From assembly GCF_964194025.1 (NCBI RefSeq), contig NC_134469.1, forward strand, positions 21,824,001-21,888,000: a stretch of 64,000 nt of DNA. The letters are read 5' to 3'. Position numbers and translations under genes: made by a program. Of this stretch, positions 46,220 through 59,350 are shown in pieces. Position 1 is the stretch's first letter. The number at the start of each line of letters is the position of its first letter. Below the pieces are notes generated by a model. It saw only the letters and a program-made list of their open reading frames with translations. It was not told the DNA's origin and did no database searches. This stretch comes from Convolutriloba macropyga. Its lineage: Eukaryota.

Positions 46220-47700
46220 AAAAGTATAAAGCTATCAATGCTCAAGTGTAAAAACCCATCTGTCGTAAAAAGGTTTGGAAAAGCAAGGCCGTCGAGTGCG
46301 AAAAATGTGAGAAAGTATCACATAAAATGCCAAAACAATAGTAAAGAGCAATACAAAAAATGGGGGTTCTTGTTTGGAAATGCTTTGAATGAGAAAACTC
46401 ACCAACTGATTAACAACCTAGAAAATGAAAACTGTTTGCAAGATGTCGATGACATAATTTGCAGTAAAAAACGACCCTAGTAACTTGCTTCAACTAGGAA
46501 ACAATTTGCATAAAAAATTGGAATTCACAACGAAAAAATGGATGAAAAACATGAACAAGCATTCCTGGATATGGCAGTCTACGTTGATGAACAAAGAATG
46601 TAAATGGTACCAGAAGCCAACACAGTGGAATAATTCTAAATTTCCGTAGCTGCGCTCCCCTCCAACAAAAAAAAATATTGTAGAGGGTACTATCCATAGG
46701 CTTTTTCGATCTACAAGCAACTGGCATTAATTTGATGAAGCCCTAAAAATTAATGTAATATGGCGAAAAATCAATATCCTGAGGAAAAAATCAATATTGG
46801 TCCTCAGTCATTGTTAATCCAAAAAATGGAAAAATATTAGGTGACTATAATAAGACCACAAGAAAAGCAGCGGAAGGCAAATCCAACCGTAAGCTTATGC
46901 AGAAGAACATTTGCACCTTTTTATAACAGCACAGAGGCCAATTAAGCATAAGATTCAGGGAAAAGCTGCAAAAAAACGCATCTTACAGTGATCTACACAA
47001 CACGGAAACTAAAAACCTGTCGCCCATCATTAAAGTCTAGTCTTGCCTTGCATCTAAAATCGCACGTGGTAAAAGAGATAAAATGTAGTGGATGCAATTC
47101 CACCTATTTCGGGTAAACATGCTGACATATAACCACTCGGATGGCAGAGCATCAAAAAAAAGAATCACCAGTAGGTCAGCATGTAAGCAAAAAAGGTGTG
47201 GCACATCACGTGTGTTTGATTGACTTATCACAGATCAGTGCGAAGTGCCATAAAAACTCATGACTCTCGATGCGTTACCATTATCAAAAAAAAGAAGCCA
47301 TTGCTGAACACGCGCGATGACTGCAATAGCCAAGAGTTGACATTGAAATACTAGTCAACAGTTGTTATGTTGCTCAATTTGAAAATCACATTTAAGCGAG
47401 TAAAAAAACTGAATAGTCCCAAAACGCAAATAAATGGGTAGAAAGTTACTGAGAATAGCAAAAATCTAAATTCAACGATCTTGAATAAAAGACCCAAAAT
47501 CAAACAGGAATAAGAAATTTCAGAAGATTTCGTTTGTACCAATGAACAATATTCCGACAACCTATTCTATGACTGTTTTAAAAATTATTAGAAATTAAAT
47601 CACTGTAATTGTAAGTAGAATAAATTTAGGTTGCATTTTATTGATGATGCTAGATAAAACGAGAACTTTTTTATTTTAAATGAAATAACTTTACATTAAT
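46220..47700 (+). mobile_element. Decayed Penelope-like element (RT C-terminal half + GIY-YIG endonuclease)
   Basis: DVDDII, FLDMAV, WYQKPT, ILNFRSCAP, NIVEGTIHRLF, TTRKLKTC, then VVKEIKCSGCNSTYFG*T, RMAEH, LNTRD. Confidence 0.85.
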
Positions 47701-50700
47701 TTTCATAATTGACTTAGCTTTTTAGTAACTGTACAAGAGATACCTAAAAAAAAATACAACAATTTCAGAGAAAATTGTGCAAACACCACAGTGATTTTTT
47801 TATTAACTACACCAGGCGAAACTCACGCCACAAAAATGTTAAATTTTTCACGCTATAGAGAAAATGATCTACTTGATTTTTGAAAATCCTAATTCAAATT
47901 TTGAAACCTCTGATTAGACTTCGCAGTGAAACAAGTTTTCTTGGATGTAATTTTTCACATTTCCTTGGATTTAAGTAGTTGGCTGATTCCCAAAATCTTG
48001 TTTTGCTTTTTAATGTCTTATATGTGAATTTAATTTTTACGTCGTTTTAATTAATCGTTTTTTCTTGCCTAGAGAGAAAGTTGTCTAGACAGAAATTTAT
48101 AATGTGGCCAAGTACACTTTTTTGGTAAGTTCGTTGAAGATCCTATCAAAAACTTTGCACTTAGAAAAATCTCTTTCGTATTGAATCATTTTTTTCACCT
48201 TTTATGTTTTCCGAGTTCCAAAATTGAGAATAGATCAATCGTTTGATATATACATTAACTGTTGTTTTTACTTTTAGTCGTAGGGTCGATCATTTGAACT
48301 GCGAGTGCCAAATTCTTTTAAGACCCTTGGTCAACTGCTTTTCTAGAGAATTAATCATTCGAAATTATCAGTGCTGAATATTTCAGATTACAACAAATAA
48401 AGGGTCTTTTCCATTATAGCCCCCGCTCGCATATTAGTGGCCAAATAGCCTATTGCCCCCAAATCATAGTAAACAAACTGAAAAAGGAAGGGCCATTTTT
48501 TGTGGAGGTTATTTTGGGAAAGACTTTTGGTACAAATGAATAACGTAAAACTGGAGGGCCTGATGCTGGGAGATGAAATTCAGATGTTTCTATAGTTTTT
48601 TTCTGGCTGCCATTGTTAGGGTTGTTTCACATGACTCCGAAAATTACTATCAAATGGCAGTTCTAAGATTAAATATTCACATATTGTGTATGCTATCAAC
48701 AATGACACGAGAGTCGAAATTGAAAGTACGGCGTCCTGTTGTTGTTGTAGCTGTCGCACAGAGCTGAATTTTGCTGGTAATTTATATCAGGATACAGGCG
48801 TTTATCGCCGTTCGTAATTGACACCCTTGTTACATTGGTATTGTAATATTGATAAGTATATACAGTAGTAATGGGTGACTGCCTATCGACAATTTGCGTG
48901 TGGTGCGATGACTTTTCTGCATCTACGCCATGTTGAATGACATGCGGTCCCCGGGTTATGGGGACCAGGAAGGGCATCGTTAGATCAAAGGCAACGGGCA
49001 AGGAAAGCGTATTGTTCTGTGCAATGCGGTAGGACTGATGGTTTAGGACTGATATAGTACGGAATGAAGTACGGCGTATTCAAATGAAGCCTCGAAGACA
49101 AAATTTAATCAGCTATCTTATATAAGAAGAGTGAGTTTTGATATGAGCCACATATGAAGAAGTCAACGATGTTTAATTTGATGAAGCCCTAAAAATTAAT
49201 GTAATATGGCGAAAAATCAATATCCTGAGGAAAAAATCAAAATTGGTCCTCAGGCATTTTTAATCCAAAATTTGGAAAAATTTTAGGCGACTATAATAAG
49301 ACCACAAAAAAGTAGCGGTAGGCAAGTCCAACCGTAAGCTTATGCAGAAGGACAGTTGCACCTTTCTATAACAGCACAGAGGCCAATTAAGCATAAGATT
49401 TAGGGAAAAGCTGCAAAAAACGCATCGTACAGTGATCTACACAACACGGAAACTAAAAACCTGTCGCCCATCATTAAAGTCTAGTTTTGCCTTGCATCTG
49501 AAATCGCACGTGGTAAAAAAGATAAAATGTAGTGGATGCAATTCCACCTATTTCGGGTAAACATGCTGACATATAACCACTCGGATGGCAGAGCATCAAA
49601 AAAAAGAATCACCAGTAGGTCAGCATGTAAGCAAAAAGGTGTGGCACATCACGTGTGTTTGATTGACTTATCACAGATCAGTGCGAAGTGCCATAAAAAC
49701 TCATGACTCTCGATGCGTTACCATTATCAAAAAAAAGAAGCCATTGCTGAACACGCGCGATGACTGCAATGCCAAGAGTTGACATTGAAATACTAGTCAA
49801 CAGTTGTTATGTTGCTCAATTTGAAAATCACATATAAGCGAGTAAAAAAAACTGAATAGTCCCAAAACGCAAATAAATGGGTAGAAAGTTACTGAGAATA
49901 GCAAAAATCTAAATTCAACGATCTTGAATAAAAGACCCAAAATCAAACAGGAATAAGAAATTTCAGAAGATTTCGTTTGTACCAATGAACAATATTCCGA
50001 CAACCTATTCTATGACTGTTTTAAAAATTATTAGAAATTAAATCACTGTAATTGTAAGTAGAATAAATTTAAGTTGCATTTTATTGATGATGCTAGATAA
50101 AACTAAAACATTTTTATTTTAAATGAAATAACTTTACATTAATTTTCATAATTGACTTAGCTTTTTAGTAACTGTACAAGAGATACATCAAAAAATAAAT
50201 ACAACAATTTCAGAGAAAATTGTGCAAACTCCACAGTGATTTTTTTATTAACTACACCAGGCGAAACTCACGCCACAAATATGTTAAATTTTTCACACTA
50301 TAGAGAAAATGATCTACTTGATTTTTGAAAACCCTAATTCAAATTTTGAAACCTCTGATTAGACTTCGCAGTGAAACAAGTTTTCTTGTCTGTAATTTTT
50401 CACGCTTCCTTGGATTTAAGTAGTTGACTGATTCCCAAAATCTTGTTTTGCTTTTTAATGTCTTATATGTGAATTTAATTTTTACGTCGTTTTAATTATT
50501 CGTTTTTTCTTGCCTAGAGAGAAAGTTGTCTAGACAGAAATTTGTAATGTGGCCAAGTACACTTTTTTGGTAAGTTCGTTGAAGATGCTATCAAAAACTT
50601 TGCACTTAGAAAAATTTCTTTCGTATTGAATCATATTTTTCACCTTTTATGTTTTCCGAGTTCCAAAATTGAGAATAGATCAATCGTTTGATATATACAT

Positions 50701-53700
50701 TAACTGTTGTTTTTACTTTTAGTCGTAGGGTCGATCATTTGAACTGCGAGTGCCAAATTCTTTTAAGATCCTTGGTCAACTGCTTTTCTAGAGAACTAAT
50801 CATAAATTTTAATGTTCGAAATTATCAGTGCTGAATATTTCAGATTACAACAAATAAAGGGTCTTTTCCATTATAGCCCCCGCTCGCATATTAGTGGCCA
50901 AATAGCCTATTGCCCCCAAATCATAGTAAACAAACCGAAAAAGGAAGGGCCATTTTTTGTGGAGGTTATTTTGGGAAAGACTTTTGGTACAAATGAATAA
51001 CGTAAAACTGGAAGGCCTGATGCTGGGAGATGAAATCCAGATGTTTCTATAGTTTTTTTCTGGCTGCCATTGTTAGGGTTGTTTAACATGACTCCGAAAA
51101 TTACTATCAAATGGCAGTTCTAAGATTAAATATTCACATATTGAGTATGCTATCAACAATGACACGAGAGTCGAAATTGAAAGTACGGCGTCCTGTTGTC
51201 GTTGTAGCTGTCGCACAGAGCTGAATTTTGCTGGTAATTTATATCAGGATACAGGCGTTTATTGCGTTCGTAATTGACACCCTTGTTACATTGGTATTGT
51301 AATATTGATAAGTATATACAGTAGTAGTGGGTGACTGCCTATCCACAATTTGCGTGTGGTGCGGTGACTTTTCTGCATCTACGCCATGTTGAATGACATG
51401 CGGTCCCCGGGTTATGGGGACCAGGAAGGGCATCGTTAGATCAAAGGAAACGGGCAAGGAAAGCGTATTGTTCTGTGCAATGCGGTAGGACTGATGGTTT
51501 AGGACTGATATAGTACGGAATGAAGTACGGCGTATTCAAATAAAGCCTCGAAGACAAAATTTAATCAGCTATCTTATATAAGAAGAGTGAGTTTTGATAT
51601 GAGCCACATATGAAGAAGTCAACGATGTTTAATTTGATGAAGCCCTAAAAATTAATGTAATATGGCGAAAAATCAATATCCTGAGGAAAAAATCAAAATT
51701 GGTCCTCAGGCATTTTTAATCCAAAATTTGGAAAAATTTTAGGCGACTATAATAAGACCACAAAAAAGTAGCGGTAGGCAAGTCCAACCGTAAGCTTATG
51801 CAGAAGGACAGTTGCACCTTTCTATAACAGCACAGAGGCCAATTAAGCATAAGATTTAGGGAAAAGCTGCAAAAAACGCATCGTACAGTGATCTACACAA
51901 CACGGAAACTAAAAACCTGTCGACCATCATTAAATTCTAGTTTTGCCTTGCATCTAAAATCGCACGTGGTAAAAGAGATAAAATGTAGTGGATGCAATTC
52001 CACTTATTTTGGGTAAACATGCTGACATATAACCACTCGGATGGCAGAGCATCAAAGAAAATAATCACCAGTAGTTCAGCATGTAAGCTAAAATGTGTGG
52101 CACATCACGTGTGTTTGATTGACTTATCACAGATCAGTGCGAAGTGCCATAAAAACTCATGACTCTCGATGCGTTACCATTATCAAAAAGGAAGCCATTG
52201 CTGAACACGCGCGATGACTGCAATAGCCAAGAGTTGACATTGAAATACTAGTCAACAGTTGTTATGTTGCTCAATTTGAAAATCACATTTAAGCGAGTAA
52301 AAAAATTGAATAGTCCCAAAACGCAAATGAATAGATAGAAAGTTACTGAGAATAGCAAAAATATAAATTCAACGATCTTGAATTAAAAACTTAAAATCAA
52401 ACAGGAATACGAAATATCAGAAAACGTCTTTTGTACCAATAAACAATATTCCGACAACCTATTCTATGACTATTTAAAAAATTATTAGAAATTAAATCAC
52501 TGTAATTGTAAGTAGAATAAATTTAAGTTGCATTTTATTGATGATGCTAGATAAAACGAAAACTTTTTTATTTTAAATGAAATAACTTTATATTAATTTT
52601 CATAATTGACTTAGCTTTTTAGTAACTTAGCTTTTTGTACAAATTTTTCGAAATTAGTTTTGCACAGAATATATATCTGAACAACTTTTGTAAGCCAGTG
52701 TATATCAAATATTTTGTCACCGTCTAAGCGAAAATTGGAAGAAAACATTCTGCCAAAAAGGATATCAGATGATGAATGAAGACAAAATCATAAATGATAT
52801 TTTAATAAAAATTTTCAGCTCCTTTAACAAGGTAGCCCAGTAAAAGTGATTGAATCTTCAAATTGATTAATTACGACTGTTAACAGCCTGCATGTAAACT
52901 GCCAAAATATCAATTATCCTAAAAGGCGTTTAAATTTGCTGAAAGTTGCTCAGGTGGAAAGTTTTAACTTTCTATTCCTAAAAGAAATGAGCCTCGATAG
53001 GCAAAGTGCAGACTCAGAAACTTTTACTTGTCAGTCACATATTACTAATTTACGCTGCACATAAAATAAAGCTAAACTGTTGGAGTTTAAATAGTAGGAT
53101 CTGCGAAGTCAGATCTAGTCTTTGATTTACCGAAACACAATTACCTATTTCGGGTTGCCTTTGCAGGTGTGCAATAAAACAAAGCTTTGTTTTTTATTAT
53201 TGTGTACATTTTCCACACTCCTCCAAGGTCTTTGTCAGCTATCACATTTTGCTGGGGTCGATGACATTTTAGATCACAAATTGTAATACATTCTGCCTAA
53301 ATCGTGGAATGAATCCTAATTCCGTGTTGTACGTTATAGAAAATGTTAGCATGCCCATGGCAGGAAGGGCTGTTTAAGCGGTTCAGGATACTCAAAGAAA
53401 CACTCGCGCTACCTGTGATGACAAAAAGTAGTGTTCCTTTTTCAAATGGTGACGAAAAGGCAAACGATTTCAACAGTTTTTCCTGTTCGCTTTTTAGTGC
53501 TTAAACAAAAAAAAATCAGGCCAGCCTTAAATTTTTGTTTAAAAATTAAAATTAATTACGTTTGAATTTTTGAAAATTGAGAGAATCCTGAGAAAGTTTG
53601 ATTAATGGCGTCTGAAGAAATACCATCTCTCCTGCAGCGTGATAGATGTCAATTGTCAGCTGGAGTGGTTGCGGCGATTATCAAATTTATGTCACAGTTT

Positions 53701-56700
53701 TATGTTCTCTACCACAAATTTGACAACAATATACCAATTGTTAGGTTGTTTTGATATCAGGAAATGTTCTGGATCAGTTCGAACTCTTTCCTCCTTAAAA
53801 AACAATGAAGCGTGATTCTTGTTGAGGATATCGTTTTCCTGGAGCCTAAAAACAAAAAGAAATTTTGAGCAAGTTCGACGCCTTGGAAAACTCAAAAACA
53901 CTTCTAACAACAAAACATGCCTTTATGGACCAATCCTGATAACAAAAATTGTACAAATTTTTTGAAATTAGTTTTGCACAGAGCATATATCTGAACAACT
54001 TTTGCAAGCCAGTGTATATCAAATATTTTGACACCGTCTAAGCGAGAATTGGAAGGAAAAATTCTGCCAAAAGGATATCAGATGATGAATGAAGACAAAA
54101 TCACAAATGATATTTTAATAAAAATTTTCAGCTCCTTTAACAAGGTAGCCCAGTAAAAAAGATTGAATCTTCAAATTGATTAATTACGACTGTTAATAGC
54201 CTGCATGTAAACTGCCAAAATATCAATTATCCTAAAAGGCGTTTAAATTTGCTGAAAGTTGCTCAGGTGGAAAGTTTTAACTTTCTATTCCTAAAAGAAA
54301 TGAGCCTCGATAGGCAAAGTGCAGACTCAGAAACTTTTACTTGTAAGTCACATATTACTAATTTAACCGGCACATAAAATTGACTAATTGACTAATTTTC
54401 ATAATTGACTTAGCTTTTTAGTAACTGTACAAGAGATACATCAAAAAATAAATACAACAATTTCAGAGAAAATTGTGCAAACTCCACAGTGATTTTTTTA
54501 TTAACTACACCAGGCGAAACTCACGCCACAAATATGTTAAATTTTTCACACTATAGAGAAAATGATCTACTTGATTTTTGAAAACCCTAATTCAAATTTT
54601 GAAACCTCTGATTAGACTTCGCAGTGAAACAAGTTTTCTTGTCTGTAATTTTTCACGCTTCCTTGGATTTAAGTAGTTGACTGATTCCCAAAATCTTGTT
54701 TTGCTTTTTAATGTCTTATATGTGAATTTAATTTTTACGTCGTTTTAATTATTCGTTTTTTCTTGCCTAGAGAGAAAGTTGTCTAGACAGAAATTTGTAA
54801 TGTGGCCAAGTACACTTTTTTGGTAAGTTCGTTGAAGATGCTATCAAAAACTTTGCACTTAGAAAAATCTCTTTCGTATTGAATCATTTTTTTCACCTTT
54901 TATGTTTTCCGAGTTCCAAAATTGAGAATAGATCAATCGTTTGATATATACATTAACTGTTGTTTTTACTTTTAGTCGTAGGGTCGATCATTTGAACTGC
55001 GAGTGCCAAATTCTTTAAAGATTCTTGGTCAACTGCTTTTCTAGAGAACTAATCATAAATTTTAAGGTTCGAAATTATCAGTGCTGAATATTTCAGATTA
55101 CAACAAATAAAGGGTCTTTTCCATTATAGCCCCCGCTCGCATATTAGTGGCCAAATAGCCTATTGCCCCCAAATCATAGTAAACAAACCGAAAAAGGAAG
55201 GGCCATTTTTTGTGGAGGTTATTTTGGGAAAGACTTTTGGTACAAATGAATAACGTAAAACTGGAAGGCCTGATGCTGGGAGATGAAATCCAGATGTTTC
55301 TATAGTTTTTTTCTGGCTGCCATTGTTAGGGTTGTTTAACATGACTCCGAAAATTACTATCAAATGGCAGTTCTAAGATTAAATATTCACATATTGAGTA
55401 TGCTATCAACAATGACACGAGAGTCGAAATTGAAAGTACGGCGTCCTGTTGTCGTTGTAGCTGTCGCACAGAGCTGAATTTTGCTGGTAATTTATATCAG
55501 GATACAGGCGTTTATTGCCGGTCGTAATTGACACCCTTGTTACATTGGTATTGTAATATTGATAAGTATATACAGTAGTAGTGGGTGACTGCCTATCCAC
55601 AATTTGCGTGTGGTGCGGTGACCTTTCTGCATCTACGCCATGTTGAATGACATGCGGTCCCCGGGTTATGGGGACCTGGAAGGGCATCGTTAGATCAAAG
55701 GAAACGGGAAAGGAAAGCGTATTGTTCTGTGCAATGCGGTAGGACTGATGGTTTAGGACTGATATAGTACGGAATGAAGTACGGCGTATTCAAATGAAGC
55801 CTCGAAGACAAAATTTAATCAGCTATCTTATATAAGAAGAGTGAGTTTTGATATGAGCCACATATGAAGAAGTCAACAATGTTTAATTTGATGAAGTCCT
55901 AAAAATTAATGTAATATGGCGAAAAATCAATATCCTGAGGAAAAAATCAAATTTGGTCCTCACGCATTTTTAATCCAAAATTTGGAAAAATATTAGGCGA
56001 CTATAATAAGACCACAAAAAAGTAGCGGTAGGCAAGTCCAACCGTAAGCTTATGCAGAAGGACAGTTGCACCTTTCTATAACAGCACAGAGGCCAATTAA
56101 GCATAAGATTTAGGAAAAAGCTGCAAAAAACGCATCGTACAGTGATCTACACAACACGGAAACTAAAAACCTGTCGACCATCATTAAATTCTAGTTTTGC
56201 CTTGCATCTAAAATCGCACGTGGTAAAAGAGATAAAATGTAGTGGATGCAATTCCACTTATTTTGGGTAAACATGCTGACATATAACCACTCGGATGGCA
56301 GAGCATCAAAGAAAATAATCACCAGTAGTTCAGCATGTAAGCTAAAATGTGTGGCACATCACGTGTGTTTGATTGACTTATCACAGATCAGTGCGAAGTG
56401 CCATAAAAACTCATGACTCTCGATGCGTTACCATTATCAAAAAGGAAGCCATTGCTGAACACGCGCGATGACTGCAATAGCCAAGAGTTGACATTGAAAT
56501 ACTAGTCAACAGTTGTTATGTTGCTCAATTTGAAAATCACATTTAAGCGAGTAAAAAAATTGAATAGTCCCAAAACGCAAATGAATAGATAGAAAGTTAC
56601 TGAGAATAGCAAAAATATAAATTCAACGATCTTGAATAAAAAACTTAAAATCAAACAGGAATACGAAATATCAGAAAACGTCTTTTGTACCAATAAACAA

Positions 56701-59350
56701 TATTCCGACAACCTATTCTATGACTATTTAAAAAATTATTAGAAATTAAATCACTGTAATTGTAAGTAGAATAAATTTAAGTTGCATTTTATTGATGATG
56801 CTAGATAAAACGAAAACTTTTTTATTTTAAATGAAATAACTTTATATTAATTTTCATAATTGACTTAGCTTTTTAGTAACTTAGCTTTTTGTACAAATTT
56901 TTCGAAATTAGTTTTGCACAGAATATATATCTGAACAACTTTTGTAAGCCAGTGTATATCAAATATTTTGACACCGTCTAAGCAAGAATTGGAAGGAAAA
57001 ATTCTGCCAAAAGGATATCAGATGATGAATGAAGACAAAATCACAAATGATATTTTAATAAAAATTTTCAGCTCCTTTAACAAGGTAGCCCAGTAAAAAA
57101 GATTGAATCTTCAAATTGATTAATTACGACTGTTAATAGCCTGCATGTAAACTGCCAAAATATCAATTATCCTAAAAGGCGTTTAAATTTGCTGAAAGTT
57201 GCTCAGGTGGAAAGTTTTAACTTTCTATTCCTAAAAGAAATGAGCCTCGATAGGCAAAGTGCAGACTCAGAAACATTTACTTGTAAGTCACATATTACTA
57301 ATTTAACCGGCACATAAAATAAAGCTAAACTGTTGGAGTTTAAATAGTAGGATCTGCGAAGTCAGATCTAGTCTTTGATTTACCGAAACACAATTACCTA
57401 TTTCGGGTTGCCTTTGCAGGTGTCCAATAAAACAAAGCTTTGTTTTTTATTATTGTGTACATTTTCCACACTCCTCCAAGGTCTTTGTCAGCTATCACAT
57501 TTTGCTGGGGTCGATGACATTTTAGATCACAAATTGTAATACTTTCTGCCTAAATCGTGGAATGAATCCTAATTCCGTGTTGTACGTTATAGAAAATGTT
57601 AACATGCCCATGGCAGGAAGGGCTGTTTAAGCGGTTCAGGATACTCAAAGAAACACTCGCGCTACCTGTGATGACAAAAAGTAGTGTTCCTTTTTCAAAT
57701 AGTGACGAAAAGGCAAACGATTTCAACAGTTTTTCCTGTTCGCTTTTTAGTGCTTAAACAAAAAAAAAATCAGGCCAGCCTTAAATTTTTGTTAAAAATT
57801 AAAATTAATTACGTTTGAATTTTTGAAAATTGAGAGAATCCTGAGAAAGTTTGATTAATGGCGTCTGAAGAAATACCATCTCTCCTGCAGCGTGATAGAT
57901 GTCAATTGTCAGCTGGAGTGGTTGCGGCGATTATCAAATTTGTGTCACAGTTTTATGTTCTCTACCACAAATTTGACAACAATATACCAATTGTTAGGTT
58001 GTTTTGATATCAGGAAATGTTCTGGATCAGTTCGAACTCTTTCCTCCTTAAAAAACAATGAAGCGTGATTCTTGTTGAGGATATCGTTTTCCTGGAGCCT
58101 AAAAACAAAAAGAAATTTTGAGCAAGTTCGACGCCTTGGAAAACTCAAAAACACTTCTAACAACAAAACATGCCTTTATGGACCAATCCTGATAACAAAA
58201 ATTGTACAAATTTTTTGAAATTAGTTTTGCACAGAGCATATATCTGAACAACTTTTGTAAGCCAGTGTATATCAAATATTTTGACACCGTCTAAGCAAGA
58301 ATTGGAAGGAAAAATTCTGCCAAAAGGATATCAGATGATGAATGAAGACAAAATCACAAATGATATTTTAATAAAAATTTTCAGCTCCTTTAACAAGGTA
58401 GCCCAGTAAAAAAGATTGAATCTTCAAATTGATTAATTACGACTGTTAATAGCCTGCATGTAAACTGCCAAAATATCAATTATCCTAAAAGGCGTTTAAA
58501 TTTGCTGAAAGTTGCTCAGGTGGAAAGTTTTAACTTTCTATTCCTAAAAGAAATGAGCCTCGATAGGCAAAGTGCAGACTCAGAAACATTTACTTGTAAG
58601 TCACATATTACTAATTTAACCGGCACATAAAATAAAGCTAAATTGTTGGAGTTTAATTAGCGGGATCTGCAAAGTCAGATCTAGTCTTTGATTTACCGAA
58701 ACAAATTTACCTATTTCGGGTTGCCTTTGCAGGTGTCCAATAAAACAAAGCTTTGTTTTTTATTATTGTGTACATTTTGCACTCTCCTCCAAGTTCTTTG
58801 TCAGCTATCACATTTTGCTGGGTTCGATGACATTTTAGATCACAAATTGTAATACACTTTGCCTAAATCGTGGAATGAATCCTAATTCCGTTTTGTACGT
58901 CATAGAAAATGTTAACATGCCCATGGCAGGAAGGGCTGTTTAGGCGATTCAGGATACTCAAAGAAACACTCGCGCTACCTGTAATGACAAAAATTAGTGT
59001 TCTTTTTTCAAATGGTGACGAAAAGGCAAACGTTTTCAACCATTTTTCCAGTTCCCTTTTTAGTTCTTATACAAAAAAAAAGATCAGGCCAGCCTTAAAT
59101 TTTTGTTAAAAATTAAAATTAATTACGTTTGAAATTTTGAAAACTGAGAGAATCTGAGAAAGTTTGAATAATGGCGTCTGACCAAGTACCATCTCTCCTT
59201 CAGCGTGATAGATGTCAAATGTCAGCTGGAGTGGTTGCGGCGATTATCAAACTTATGTCACAGTTTTATGTTCTCTACAACAAATTTGACAACAATATAC
59301 CAATTGATAGGTTGTTTTGATATCAGGAAATGTTCTGGATCAGTTCGAAC
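46727..59350. repeat. Composite higher-order tandem repeat (periods ~2.45, ~1.31 and ~4.25 kb)
   Basis: Penelope tail starts TTAATTTGATGAAG at 46727, 49173, 51629, 55883. LINE-derived unit starts TGTACAAATTTT at 52636, 53950, 56890, 58203. Identical track ORFs lie 4253 bp apart. Confidence 0.95.
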
